Assembly (NCBI GenBank): GCA_043809245.1
Contig: JAZDDZ010000029.1
Span: forward strand, 1-28,349
Source of the DNA: Candidatus Iainarchaeum sp.
Lineage (GTDB): Archaea > Iainarchaeota > Iainarchaeia > Iainarchaeales > JAZDDZ01
Direction: 5' to 3'
Length of the DNA: 28,349 nt
A program made the translations under genes and the position numbers. Every line of letters starts with the position of its first letter. The first letter of the stretch is position 1. The notes below the pieces were generated by a model, which saw nothing but the letters and a program-made list of their open reading frames with translations, was not told the DNA's origin and made no database searches. Positions 1-7,349 of this stretch are shown in pieces.

Positions 1-54
1 AACCTTCTCAATAACCTCAAAACCCTCCATGCGCAGAGAAATTGTCTTTTTCAT
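1..54 (-). CDS. 5' part of a DUF2080-like (transposase-associated, AbrB-like) small protein; runs off the window
   Basis: ATG at 54-52 gives MKKTISLRMEGFEVIEKV, matching the 'EG[FY]EVIEK' start typical of DUF2080 proteins; TTTAAA box at 83-88. Confidence 0.6.
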   Translation of the reverse strand, partial: MKKTISLRMEGFEVIEKV

Positions 55-55
55 A

Positions 56-74
56 GTAGCTACTTTGTAGCTAC
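56..74. promoter_or_regulatory. Tandem palindromic operator GTAGCTAC-ttt-GTAGCTAC
   Basis: Two perfect 8-bp palindromes (56-63, 67-74) between the TATA-like box (83-88) and the ATG at 54. Confidence 0.55.
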
Positions 75-274
75 AATATGCGTTTAAACATATCTATCAG
101 CCAAAACAACACAAAAACACTCAAAAACCGTTAGCAGTTACAGCATTAAATGAATTAGTTAAAAAAAACACCCGAATATTAACAGATTGTAATCTCGTAA
201 ATTACTCTCAAAAAACATATTTTGATCCTGGTTTAATTCACGCACTTTCACAAAATGGTCTTACTCTTCTTGAC

Positions 275-826
275 GTGACGTATTCTTGTGGTATTCTTGA
301 TTTTAAAACAGATATTTATCATAAGAATGGGGCGTTTTATTCTTTTTCTTCTGGCTGGGTTCCCTGCGGAGTTGAAGCCGTCCGTTTTGACGAGAATATA
401 TTCTCCCCGTTTAATAGGCGCGAGTTTCCTCATGATTTTGAAGGTAAAATCATACTTGAAAATATTTACAATAACCATCTTTTTTGTACAACTGTTATGG
501 AAAGAATATATGAATCACATGAACTCAAAGAAAAAATGCGTTACTGGTTATATCCCGGCGACATGAATCAAAGCATCGAGGATAATTGTAATTATGTGAG
601 TGCAATTGGCACAAAATTAAATAATATCGACGAAGCTACGGGTTTTTGTGAAAAGATTAATGTGATGGAAACGAAATTTTTATGCTATCTTAATGTCGTT
701 GATACTGCAAAAGACAGCTACAATATAAAAAAAGCCACGGAGGCTTGTGAACTGTTTTATTCCGGGTTAACAAATGATCAAAAGAAAAAATATAGAATAG
801 CTGGATGCAATAATCTTGTATCGTGA
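275..826 (+). CDS. AT-rich Cys-containing hypothetical protein, probably 5'-truncated
   Basis: 183-aa ORF from GTG; the frame is open back to 71 without a start codon; C-terminal 'CY...A.....C'-like segments. Confidence 0.5.
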   Translation: MTYSCGILDFKTDIYHKNGAFYSFSSGWVPCGVEAVRFDENIFSPFNRREFPHDFEGKIILENIYNNHLFCTTVMERIYESHELKEKMRYWLYPGDMNQSIEDNCNYVSAIGTKLNNIDEATGFCEKINVMETKFLCYLNVVDTAKDSYNIKKATEACELFYSGLTNDQKKKYRIAGCNNLVS

Positions 827-845
827 GGGTGTCTTTAAGAGAATT

Positions 846-926
846 TCATCCGCCTTTTGCCGCCGCGCCGTTCCTCTGCATCGCATTGATTCCAGTCCTG
901 CTTATCTCTTTTACGCCGAATTTCTG
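846..926 (-). pseudogene. Relic second copy of the ilvH 3' end (QKFGVKEISRTGINAMQRNGAAAKGG*)
   Basis: 51/60 nt identical to ilvH 2241-2300 and 19/20 aa identical; has its own TGA stop at 846-848. Confidence 0.9.
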
Positions 927-942
927 GCAACATTTTCAGGCT

Positions 943-2124
943 TTAAAGCAGCCCTATCGTGAATAGGGGTATTTTGTTTTCGCTTGTGTCAAGAGTGTCT
1001 GTTACTATTATATCCGCGCCTTGCTTTTTGCCCTTGCCTTTTCCGCCTATTTCGAAAGTCATTCCCCCGAATTTGAAGTCTGGCGTGGGCTTGCCGCTTG
1101 TCCTGAAATAACAGCAGTCCAAATGGTTTACAAAGAATTCTTCCCTTACTGCGCCGGTATCCGGTTGCATTCCAAGAGAAGTGCATAATGCGTGCCTGTA
1201 AGGCATTGGCAGATAATATTTCGCTTCTTTTCTTTGGCTTTTGGCTGCAGAGCCGCATGAATAAACTTTTCTGATTGCCTCGGTTTTTTCAACGTTGTAC
1301 AAGAACCTCATCACCCAAACCTTGTTTTTTCCCATGGTTTCGCCTATTTTTGAATAGCTTAGCTCCAAGGGCTTTGAAGAGGCAATTATCTGCAGCAATT
1401 TGAAAAAATTTTCCTCAGTATCCTTGTCAATTCCTTTGGCCGATGGAAGGTCTTTTGCCGCAATTGTTTCAATGGTTGAAATTATTGTTTTGTAAAAATA
1501 AGTTTTTGCGTCATAGAGCACCCCCCCGTTCGTATAATATTCCTGCAAAAGCCTGTTTGCATGGCCGTACTTCCTCGCGATTTCCGCCTTATTTTTCAAC
1601 AATTGCTTTAGCGAAAGCTTTGGCAGCCGCATCCCTTTTTTGATTTCAAGCCATTCCCGAAAACCAGCGGGCCTCAAATGTTCAAGCACCACTCTCCTTG
1701 ACAGGTCCGCTTTAAGCGTTTTAAGCTGTATTGCCGAAGAACCCGTGAAAGTAACGCTCACCAGCCTTTCGTCAAAAATTGTTTTCAAATCCACGTCCCA
1801 CTTGGCTTTTGCATGGATTTCGTCAACAAACAGTTTTTTGTGGCCTGCCTCTGAAAGCGCTTTAATTACGTCGTAAAGGTCAACGCCCCTTAGCTCCCTG
1901 TCATCAGCGGAAAAATAAACGCCATTGGCAGCCTTTGAAAGCTGCAATAAAAGCACTGTTTTGCCTATTCCCCGCAAGCCGGTTATGCCTAGAAAATATT
2001 CCCTTTCTTTCACCACTTTAAGCAGTTCATTGAAGGCAAACCTCTTCCTTTCAATCCCTTCAAGCCTTTTAGCAGCCTCTGAATTCGCTTCCAGCACCCT
2101 TGAAACAATGCGCTCCCGCTCCAT
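943..2124 (-). CDS. AAA+ superfamily ATPase (COG1373 / AAA_14 + DUF4143-like) with C-terminal PD-(D/E)xK-like domain
   Basis: Walker A GLRGIGKT, Walker B FVDEIH, FTGSSA, C-terminal PDF..FEIGGK. Confidence 0.85.
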   Translation of the reverse strand: MERERIVSRVLEANSEAAKRLEGIERKRFAFNELLKVVKEREYFLGITGLRGIGKTVLLLQLSKAANGVYFSADDRELRGVDLYDVIKALSEAGHKKLFVDEIHAKAKWDVDLKTIFDERLVSVTFTGSSAIQLKTLKADLSRRVVLEHLRPAGFREWLEIKKGMRLPKLSLKQLLKNKAEIARKYGHANRLLQEYYTNGGVLYDAKTYFYKTIISTIETIAAKDLPSAKGIDKDTEENFFKLLQIIASSKPLELSYSKIGETMGKNKVWVMRFLYNVEKTEAIRKVYSCGSAAKSQRKEAKYYLPMPYRHALCTSLGMQPDTGAVREEFFVNHLDCCYFRTSGKPTPDFKFGGMTFEIGGKGKGKKQGADIIVTDTLDTSENKIPLFTIGLL

Positions 2125-2156
2125 GCAATAAAACGTGCAGCGAAGAATTTAAAAAC

Positions 2157-2204
2157 GTTACATTTTTGTAACAAAAACAGCTATTTTCGTTACAGTGGTG
2201 TAAC
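2157..2204. promoter_or_regulatory. Two operators GTTACA-N4-TGTAAC upstream of the ATPase promoter
   Basis: Inverted repeats at 2157-2172 and 2189-2204, 32 bp apart, adjacent to TTTAAA at 2148-2153. Confidence 0.7.
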
Positions 2205-2231
2205 ACGGAAAAAACAGGCATCACCAATAGA

Positions 2232-2753
2232 TTATTTCTCCCCGTTCCTCTGCATTGCGTTGATTCCCGTGCGACTGACCTCTTTTACGCCGAATTTCTG
2301 CATTAATTCCAGGAAACTGTCAATTTTTTGGGGGCTGCCCACGATTTCAATGATAACGGAATCATCGTCCACATTCAGGGCATTTGCCTTGTGGAGCGCG
2401 CAGTAATTCACTATGTCCTGTCTTTTCTCCGCGTCAACAGCCGAAACCTTCAAAAGGCAGTGCTCCCTGACAACGGAATGCTTTTCATTCAAATCAATAA
2501 CCTTAATCACGTTGATTAATTTGTTTGCCTGCTTTTCCACCTGCTCCAAAGTCCTGTCATCCCCAAAAAGGCTTATTACAATATGCGAAACCCCCGCGCG
2601 GTTCGTTTTTCCGACAACAATTGTGTCAATGTTAAAGCCCCGCCTCGCAAACAAGCCTGCGACCTTTGTGAGAACCCCTGCCCTGTCTTCAACCAGAAGG
2701 CCCACAATGTGCTTGTGCAGCGAAACCGCGCCGTCCTTTCGTTCCTCAATCAT
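2232..2753 (-). CDS. ilvH: Acetolactate synthase small (regulatory) subunit
   Basis: ACT domain 'LVEDRAGVLTKVAGLFARRGFNIDTI', 'EQVEKQANKLINVIKV', C-terminal 'KEVSRTG'. Confidence 0.95.
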   Translation of the reverse strand: MIEERKDGAVSLHKHIVGLLVEDRAGVLTKVAGLFARRGFNIDTIVVGKTNRAGVSHIVISLFGDDRTLEQVEKQANKLINVIKVIDLNEKHSVVREHCLLKVSAVDAEKRQDIVNYCALHKANALNVDDDSVIIEIVGSPQKIDSFLELMQKFGVKEVSRTGINAMQRNGEK

Positions 2754-3504
2754 TTTTGCTCCACCCCCGCCGATAGCTGATAAGCCTTATGAATTCATCA
2801 ACACCCTCAACGGGGTGTTTTCTCAGAAGCTTTCTCAAATGCAGCGGGCTGCTTGTCTCAGTCAAAAAATTAATTAAAAAATTGTTATTCCTCCCGCCAT
2901 TCAGTTCAGGGTCAGCCATTATTTTTTTGAAAATGCCCGGGGCTTCTTTTGAAATTATTTCAGTAATTAATGTTATTTTTGAGCCAACACTCCTTCGCGC
3001 GTCTTCAACAATTTTTGCTTTCGGAATTTTTAACACCCTTTTAACATATGTCGCATATGTTGGAACGCAGTCTCCTTTATGGTGGCCAAAGGATACAATT
3101 TGTGACACCTTGGAAACAGAAATATTTCTTTTCCTGACAATGCCTGCTAGTTTTTTTGACAATCCTTTGGAAGGATGCCAAGGGTCATATACATCTTCTT
3201 GCTTGACAATCACACCCCTTCTGCCTAATTTTTTTATCGCAGAATAGAGTTCATACATATATGGCGCGTGCTTTTTATAGGATTCAACGTTTGGCGCCCC
3301 ATCAAAGATTCCTACAACCATTGTGCGCGGGTCACCTTTGGCTTCCATTACTGCCTTAACAAAACCCCGCTTTTGTCTTGGGGATGCGATTCGCGAATAC
3401 CCCTGCCTTATGGCCTCAATGCCCAATATGCCAGGAGACCAATCAGGAAGAACAACCGTTACAATCTTATTAACTGATTGTTTCGGAACTTTTCTTGGCG
3501 GCAT
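2746..3504 (-). CDS. Hypothetical protein, possible highly divergent isochorismatase/cysteine-hydrolase fold
   Basis: 252-aa ORF between ilvB and ilvH; motifs VVLPD, VIVK, FGHHKGDCV, KIVEDA occur in the family order. Confidence 0.6.
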   Translation of the reverse strand: MPPRKVPKQSVNKIVTVVLPDWSPGILGIEAIRQGYSRIASPRQKRGFVKAVMEAKGDPRTMVVGIFDGAPNVESYKKHAPYMYELYSAIKKLGRRGVIVKQEDVYDPWHPSKGLSKKLAGIVRKRNISVSKVSQIVSFGHHKGDCVPTYATYVKRVLKIPKAKIVEDARRSVGSKITLITEIISKEAPGIFKKIMADPELNGGRNNNFLINFLTETSSPLHLRKLLRKHPVEGVDEFIRLISYRRGWSKND

Positions 3505-3516
3505 TTTTTTCTCACT

Positions 3517-5214
3517 TCACTTCCTGAAATAGTCCTTTGGCACGCATTCCCCGAACATTTCCGAAACGCTTGCCCCTGCAGCAAACATCGGCAGAATATT
3601 GGATTCCTCTTTTACGTGAACGTCAATTACAACTGTTTCATCGCTTTTCCTTGCGCGCAAAAAAGCCCCGCTTAGCTCCGAAGGCTTTGTAACTGTTATT
3701 CCCGTGAGCCCGTATGCTTCCGCTAGCTTTGCAAAATCCGGAACGCGCTTCAAGTGCACAGCAGAATACCTTTTCCCGTGGAACAATTCAAGCCACTGGC
3801 GCACCATTCCAAGGTATGCGTTATTCATTATCACTGCATTAACCTTGATGTTTTCTTGGCTGCATGTTGCAAGCTCCTGCATTGTCATCTGAAACGAGCC
3901 GTCCCCGTCAAAATCAAACACCTCTACCTCTGGCTTTGCGACTTTCGCGCCAATCGCTGAAGGAAGCCCAAAACCCATTGTTCCCAAGCCACCACTTGAA
4001 ATGAAAGTGCCGGGCCTTTCCCTTCGCAGGTAATGCGCTGCAAACATCTGCTGCTGCCCCACGCCAGTGGTAACAATGTCATCTGCCTTCAAAACCTTTT
4101 GCAGTTCAAGCAAAACCTTGCGCGGCTCAATTGGATTGCCCGGCAAATCCATTGCACAATCGCATTCCCTGCGCAGCTGTTTCATTTTCTCAGCCCAAGG
4201 GCGGCTCTTAACTGCCTTTGCCTTTACAACCACTGCCAGTTGCCCAAGCACATCTTTTGCGTCCCCCTGAATAGGCAAATCACAGTGCACGTTTTTCCCA
4301 ATTTCAGCTGAGTCAATGTCAATGTGAATCACTTTCACGCCCTTTGCATAGCTTGCAGTGCTTCCAGTTATCCTGTCCGAAAACCTGCATCCAATTGCAA
4401 CCAATAAATCCGCATTTACCACTGCATAATTTGCTGCCTTCAAGCCGTGCATTCCACAGACACCCATTGAAAGGGGATGCGTTTCAGGAAAACATCCTTT
4501 GCCCATGAAAGTAGTGGCAACAGGCGCGAGAATCGCTTCCGCCACATCCATCAGTTCACGCGAAGCGTTTGAAGCCAGAACTCCGCCGCCTGCAAGAATA
4601 ACAGGGTTTTGCGCCTTCAAAATCATTTCCGCTGCACGCTTTACCTGCACTGGATGCCCCTCTGTTTTTGGCTTGTATCCCTGCATCTCACTGTTTTTTT
4701 CCTCTGCGGTAACCCCTCCAACCTGAACGTCTTTTGGCAAATCAATGTAAACAGGCCCTTTTCTTCCGCTTGAGGCAATGAAGAAAGCCTTTTTTATTGT
4801 TGAGGAGATTGCATTCGGGTTCCGCAGCTGGAAATTATGCTTTGTAATCGGAATCGTTAGCCCCATCATGTCGGCTTCCTGGAAGGCGTCATTTCCAATG
4901 AGGTTTGTGGGCACCTGCCCTGCGAAAGCAACTATCGGCACTGAATCCGAAAAAGCATCAGCAATTCCCGTGATAAGGTTTGTCGCCCCTGGTCCAGAGG
5001 TTGCAACGCAAACCCCTACTTTGCCTGAAGCCCTTGCATATCCTTCGGCTGCATGCGCAGCGCACTGCTCGTGCCTAACCAGAACATGCCTTAACTGCTT
5101 GGAGTAATTCAGGAATTCATCGTAAAGCGGAATAACCGCCCCTCCGGGAAAGCCAAACACGTGCTCAACTTTCTCCGCAACCAATGCCTTTACGATTGCC
5201 TCTGCGCCCTTCAT
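3517..5214 (-). CDS. ilvB: Acetolactate synthase large subunit, biosynthetic type
   Basis: FGFPGGA, RHEQ, TSGPGATN, GNDAFQE, SGGLGTMGFG, ThDP motif GDGSFQM...NN, LGMVRQW. Confidence 0.97.
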   Translation of the reverse strand: MKGAEAIVKALVAEKVEHVFGFPGGAVIPLYDEFLNYSKQLRHVLVRHEQCAAHAAEGYARASGKVGVCVATSGPGATNLITGIADAFSDSVPIVAFAGQVPTNLIGNDAFQEADMMGLTIPITKHNFQLRNPNAISSTIKKAFFIASSGRKGPVYIDLPKDVQVGGVTAEEKNSEMQGYKPKTEGHPVQVKRAAEMILKAQNPVILAGGGVLASNASRELMDVAEAILAPVATTFMGKGCFPETHPLSMGVCGMHGLKAANYAVVNADLLVAIGCRFSDRITGSTASYAKGVKVIHIDIDSAEIGKNVHCDLPIQGDAKDVLGQLAVVVKAKAVKSRPWAEKMKQLRRECDCAMDLPGNPIEPRKVLLELQKVLKADDIVTTGVGQQQMFAAHYLRRERPGTFISSGGLGTMGFGLPSAIGAKVAKPEVEVFDFDGDGSFQMTMQELATCSQENIKVNAVIMNNAYLGMVRQWLELFHGKRYSAVHLKRVPDFAKLAEAYGLTGITVTKPSELSGAFLRARKSDETVVIDVHVKEESNILPMFAAGASVSEMFGECVPKDYFRK

Positions 5215-5227
5215 TTTTTCCCTCGCT

Positions 5228-5521
5228 TTATCTTCTCCTATGCTTTCTTATTGGCTTTTTTTTTAGGAGCCCCCTTGCTTGAACCAGTTGAATCTTGCGG
5301 TTATACCTATGCACAGTAGTAACTAGCCTGCCTGCCTGCTGCAGGATATGATTTTGGCCTTTAATGTTCCTGAGTGCAGTTAAACGCGCGTCATTCGGGT
5401 TAATGAACTTGCCCTGTTGTATACATTCATTTACATACTTTGTTGCAGCAGCAAGAGCTTTCTCCGCAGCGGCTTCTGCCCCTTGGGGGTCTTTTTTTTT
5501 CCTGCTTCCCTTTTTCGCCAT
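5228..5521 (-). CDS. Basic hypothetical protein between leuA and ilvB
   Basis: ORF fills the leuA-ilvB gap; likely start MAKKGSRKKK at 5521; Lys/Arg-rich ends. Confidence 0.65.
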   Translation of the reverse strand: MAKKGSRKKKDPQGAEAAAEKALAAATKYVNECIQQGKFINPNDARLTALRNIKGQNHILQQAGRLVTTVHRYNRKIQLVQARGLLKKKPIRKHRRR

Positions 5522-5526
5522 TTTTT

Positions 5527-7074
5527 TCACTTCGCGTTTTTCCTGTAATTCAGCACCTTGTTCGCGCCCTTAAGCAGCGCCTCAACCGAAGCCATTATCA
5601 CGTCCTCGTTCACGGATTCAGCGCTGAAGATTTTTCCGCTTTTGTCCTCAAGCTTTATCATCACATCCGCCAAAGCGTCTGTTCCCCCTGTAATCGCCTT
5701 GATGTTGTATTCCTTTAACTTAATTTCATTGCCCACAACGCTTTTAATCGCTTGGCTTGCAGCGTCAACCGGCCCCACGCCCTTGCCAAAGCCAGCGACA
5801 TCCTTTCCGTCAACCAATAGCTTGACTGTCGCTGTCGGCTTTATTTTGTTTCCAGTCAAGACAACAAGCTCATCAAGCTTTATTATCTGCTCTTCCTCGC
5901 CTAGCCTTCGCGAAACATTGAACGCAATTGCCTCAATGTCTTCCGGCAAAACTTTTTTCTGCTTGTCCGCAAGCGCCTTGATTCTGCCGATGACTTCGCT
6001 GACTTCCGCTTCAGTTAAAGCAAAGCCAAGCTCCTTTAACGCTTTTTCCGTTGCATGCTTTCCGGAATGCTTTCCAATCACAAGCCTTGTTTCCGCTCCG
6101 ACTGTTTTAGGGTTGATTATTTCATAAGTGCTGCTGCTTGCAATTATTCCCTGCTGGTGAATTCCTGCCTCGTGCGCAAAGGCGTTCTTTCCAACAATCG
6201 CCTTGTTCGGCTGAACCATTATGCCTGTGAAATCCGAAACCATTTTGCTTGAACGAAAAATTTCATCAAGCTTTATACCTGTTTTCGCTTCAAAAAAATC
6301 ACGCCTTGTATGCAGCGCCATGGCGATTTCCTCAAGCGAAGCATTTCCTGCCCTTTCCCCCAATCCATTGACTGTGCATTCAACCTGTCCCGCGCCGTTT
6401 CTCACAGCCTCAAGGGAATTCGCAACCGCCAAACCCAAATCGTTATGGCAGTGCACGCTAATAACCGCTTCCCTGATGTTCGGCACGTTTTCCCTTATCC
6501 CAGCAATCAGTTTGCCGAATTCTGCGGGCTGGGTATAGCCAACAGTGTCAGGCACGTTAATTGTTTTTGCACCAGCATCAATTACCGCTTCAAAAATTTC
6601 AAACAAAAATTTTGAATTTGTCCTGGTCGCATCCATTGCACTGAACTCCACGTCTTCACATAGTTTTCGCGCATGCTTTACTGTGCCAACCGACATCTTC
6701 AATGCCTCTTTTTCGGTTTTTTTGAACTGGTGCTTTAAATGAATTGAAGAGGTTGACATGAAAGTGTGAATGCGTGGCTTTGCAGCGCCTTTGACCGCAT
6801 TCCACGCAGCGTCAATGTCTTTCGGCAAAGCCCTTGCAAGCGCCGCTACCCTTGTGCCTTTCACTGTTTCGCTTATCTCTTTAACTGCACGGAAATCATC
6901 CTCCGACGCAATTGGAAAACCTGCTTCGATGACATCTACCTTTAATTTCTCCAGCTGCGCCGCGATTTTGAGCTTTTCTTCGTGCGTTAGCGTTGCTCCC
7001 GGGCTCTGTTCTCCGTCCCTCAGCGTAGTGTCAAAAACCATTATTTTCCTGAATTTTCCCGCTTTTTTCGCCAA
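5527..7074 (-). CDS. leuA: 2-isopropylmalate synthase (LeuA/CimA family) with C-terminal regulatory domain
   Basis: [50 protein letters not shown]; TTG start with SD AGGTGA at 7079-7084. Confidence 0.92.
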   Translation of the reverse strand: MAKKAGKFRKIMVFDTTLRDGEQSPGATLTHEEKLKIAAQLEKLKVDVIEAGFPIASEDDFRAVKEISETVKGTRVAALARALPKDIDAAWNAVKGAAKPRIHTFMSTSSIHLKHQFKKTEKEALKMSVGTVKHARKLCEDVEFSAMDATRTNSKFLFEIFEAVIDAGAKTINVPDTVGYTQPAEFGKLIAGIRENVPNIREAVISVHCHNDLGLAVANSLEAVRNGAGQVECTVNGLGERAGNASLEEIAMALHTRRDFFEAKTGIKLDEIFRSSKMVSDFTGIMVQPNKAIVGKNAFAHEAGIHQQGIIASSSTYEIINPKTVGAETRLVIGKHSGKHATEKALKELGFALTEAEVSEVIGRIKALADKQKKVLPEDIEAIAFNVSRRLGEEEQIIKLDELVVLTGNKIKPTATVKLLVDGKDVAGFGKGVGPVDAASQAIKSVVGNEIKLKEYNIKAITGGTDALADVMIKLEDKSGKIFSAESVNEDVIMASVEALLKGANKVLNYRKNAK

Positions 7075-7122
7075 TTTTTCACCTTTCTCTTCTTCACGTT
7101 TTTTCTCTTTTTTTTGCTTTAA

Positions 7123-7180
7123 CGACTTCTGGTTTTTTTGTTTTCGCCGCCCCAGAAGCCGAAATTTTTTTGGGTGCGGC
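7123..7180 (-). promoter_or_regulatory. Structured leuA leader RNA (alternative helices / H-type pseudoknot)
   Basis: GCCGC(7180-7176) pairs with GCGGC(7150-7146); CGGCUUCUGG(7161-7152) pairs with CCAGAAGUCG(7132-7123). Confidence 0.65.
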
Positions 7181-7278
7181 TATCGAAGCAGTACAACCAA
7201 AAGCAATGCAACGCTTAGGGCCTCTACGCTGAACAGCATTGAGAGAATTCCCCTTTTCTTCGCCTTCGGTTTCTGCAT
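7180..7278 (-). CDS. Putative leu/ilv operon leader peptide MQKPKAKKRGILSMLFSVEALSVALLLVVLLR*
   Basis: 32 codons with 8 Leu, 4 Val and 1 Ile, including an LLLVVLL run just before UAG; lies between a BRE/TATA and leuA. Confidence 0.65.
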   Translation of the reverse strand: MQKPKAKKRGILSMLFSVEALSVALLLVVLLR

Positions 7279-7309
7279 AAAAACTACTATCAATTATTGC
7301 CCTCAAGAG

Positions 7310-7324
7310 TTTAAATAGTTTTCC
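7310..7324 (-). promoter_or_regulatory. BRE-TATA promoter of the leader/leuA operon (possibly bidirectional)
   Basis: Minus strand reads GGAAAAC-TATTTAAA about 32 nt before the leader ATG; plus strand reads TTTAAATA before ORF 7350. Confidence 0.55.
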
Positions 7325-7349
7325 ATCAATGTTTTTGTTAGTGGATTAA

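Noticed and set aside
846-2300. ilvH repeat as a DGR template/variable repeat pair
   Set aside because: Mismatches are synonymous and not adenine-specific, and there is no reverse transcriptase in the window.
7075-7145. Bacterial-type intrinsic terminator in the leuA leader
   Set aside because: The sense strand is A/G-rich after the helices; the T-tracts are on the antisense strand.
7180-7278. Leader peptide read as a class III (pilin) signal peptide remnant (KKRG then hydrophobic)
   Set aside because: The acidic residue is at +9 rather than +5 and no pilin body follows; disfavoured but not fully excluded.
7094-7306. 70-aa track ORF upstream of leuA
   Set aside because: Starts inside the predicted promoter, is low complexity and has no motif; the overlapping Leu/Val-rich frame fits the context better.
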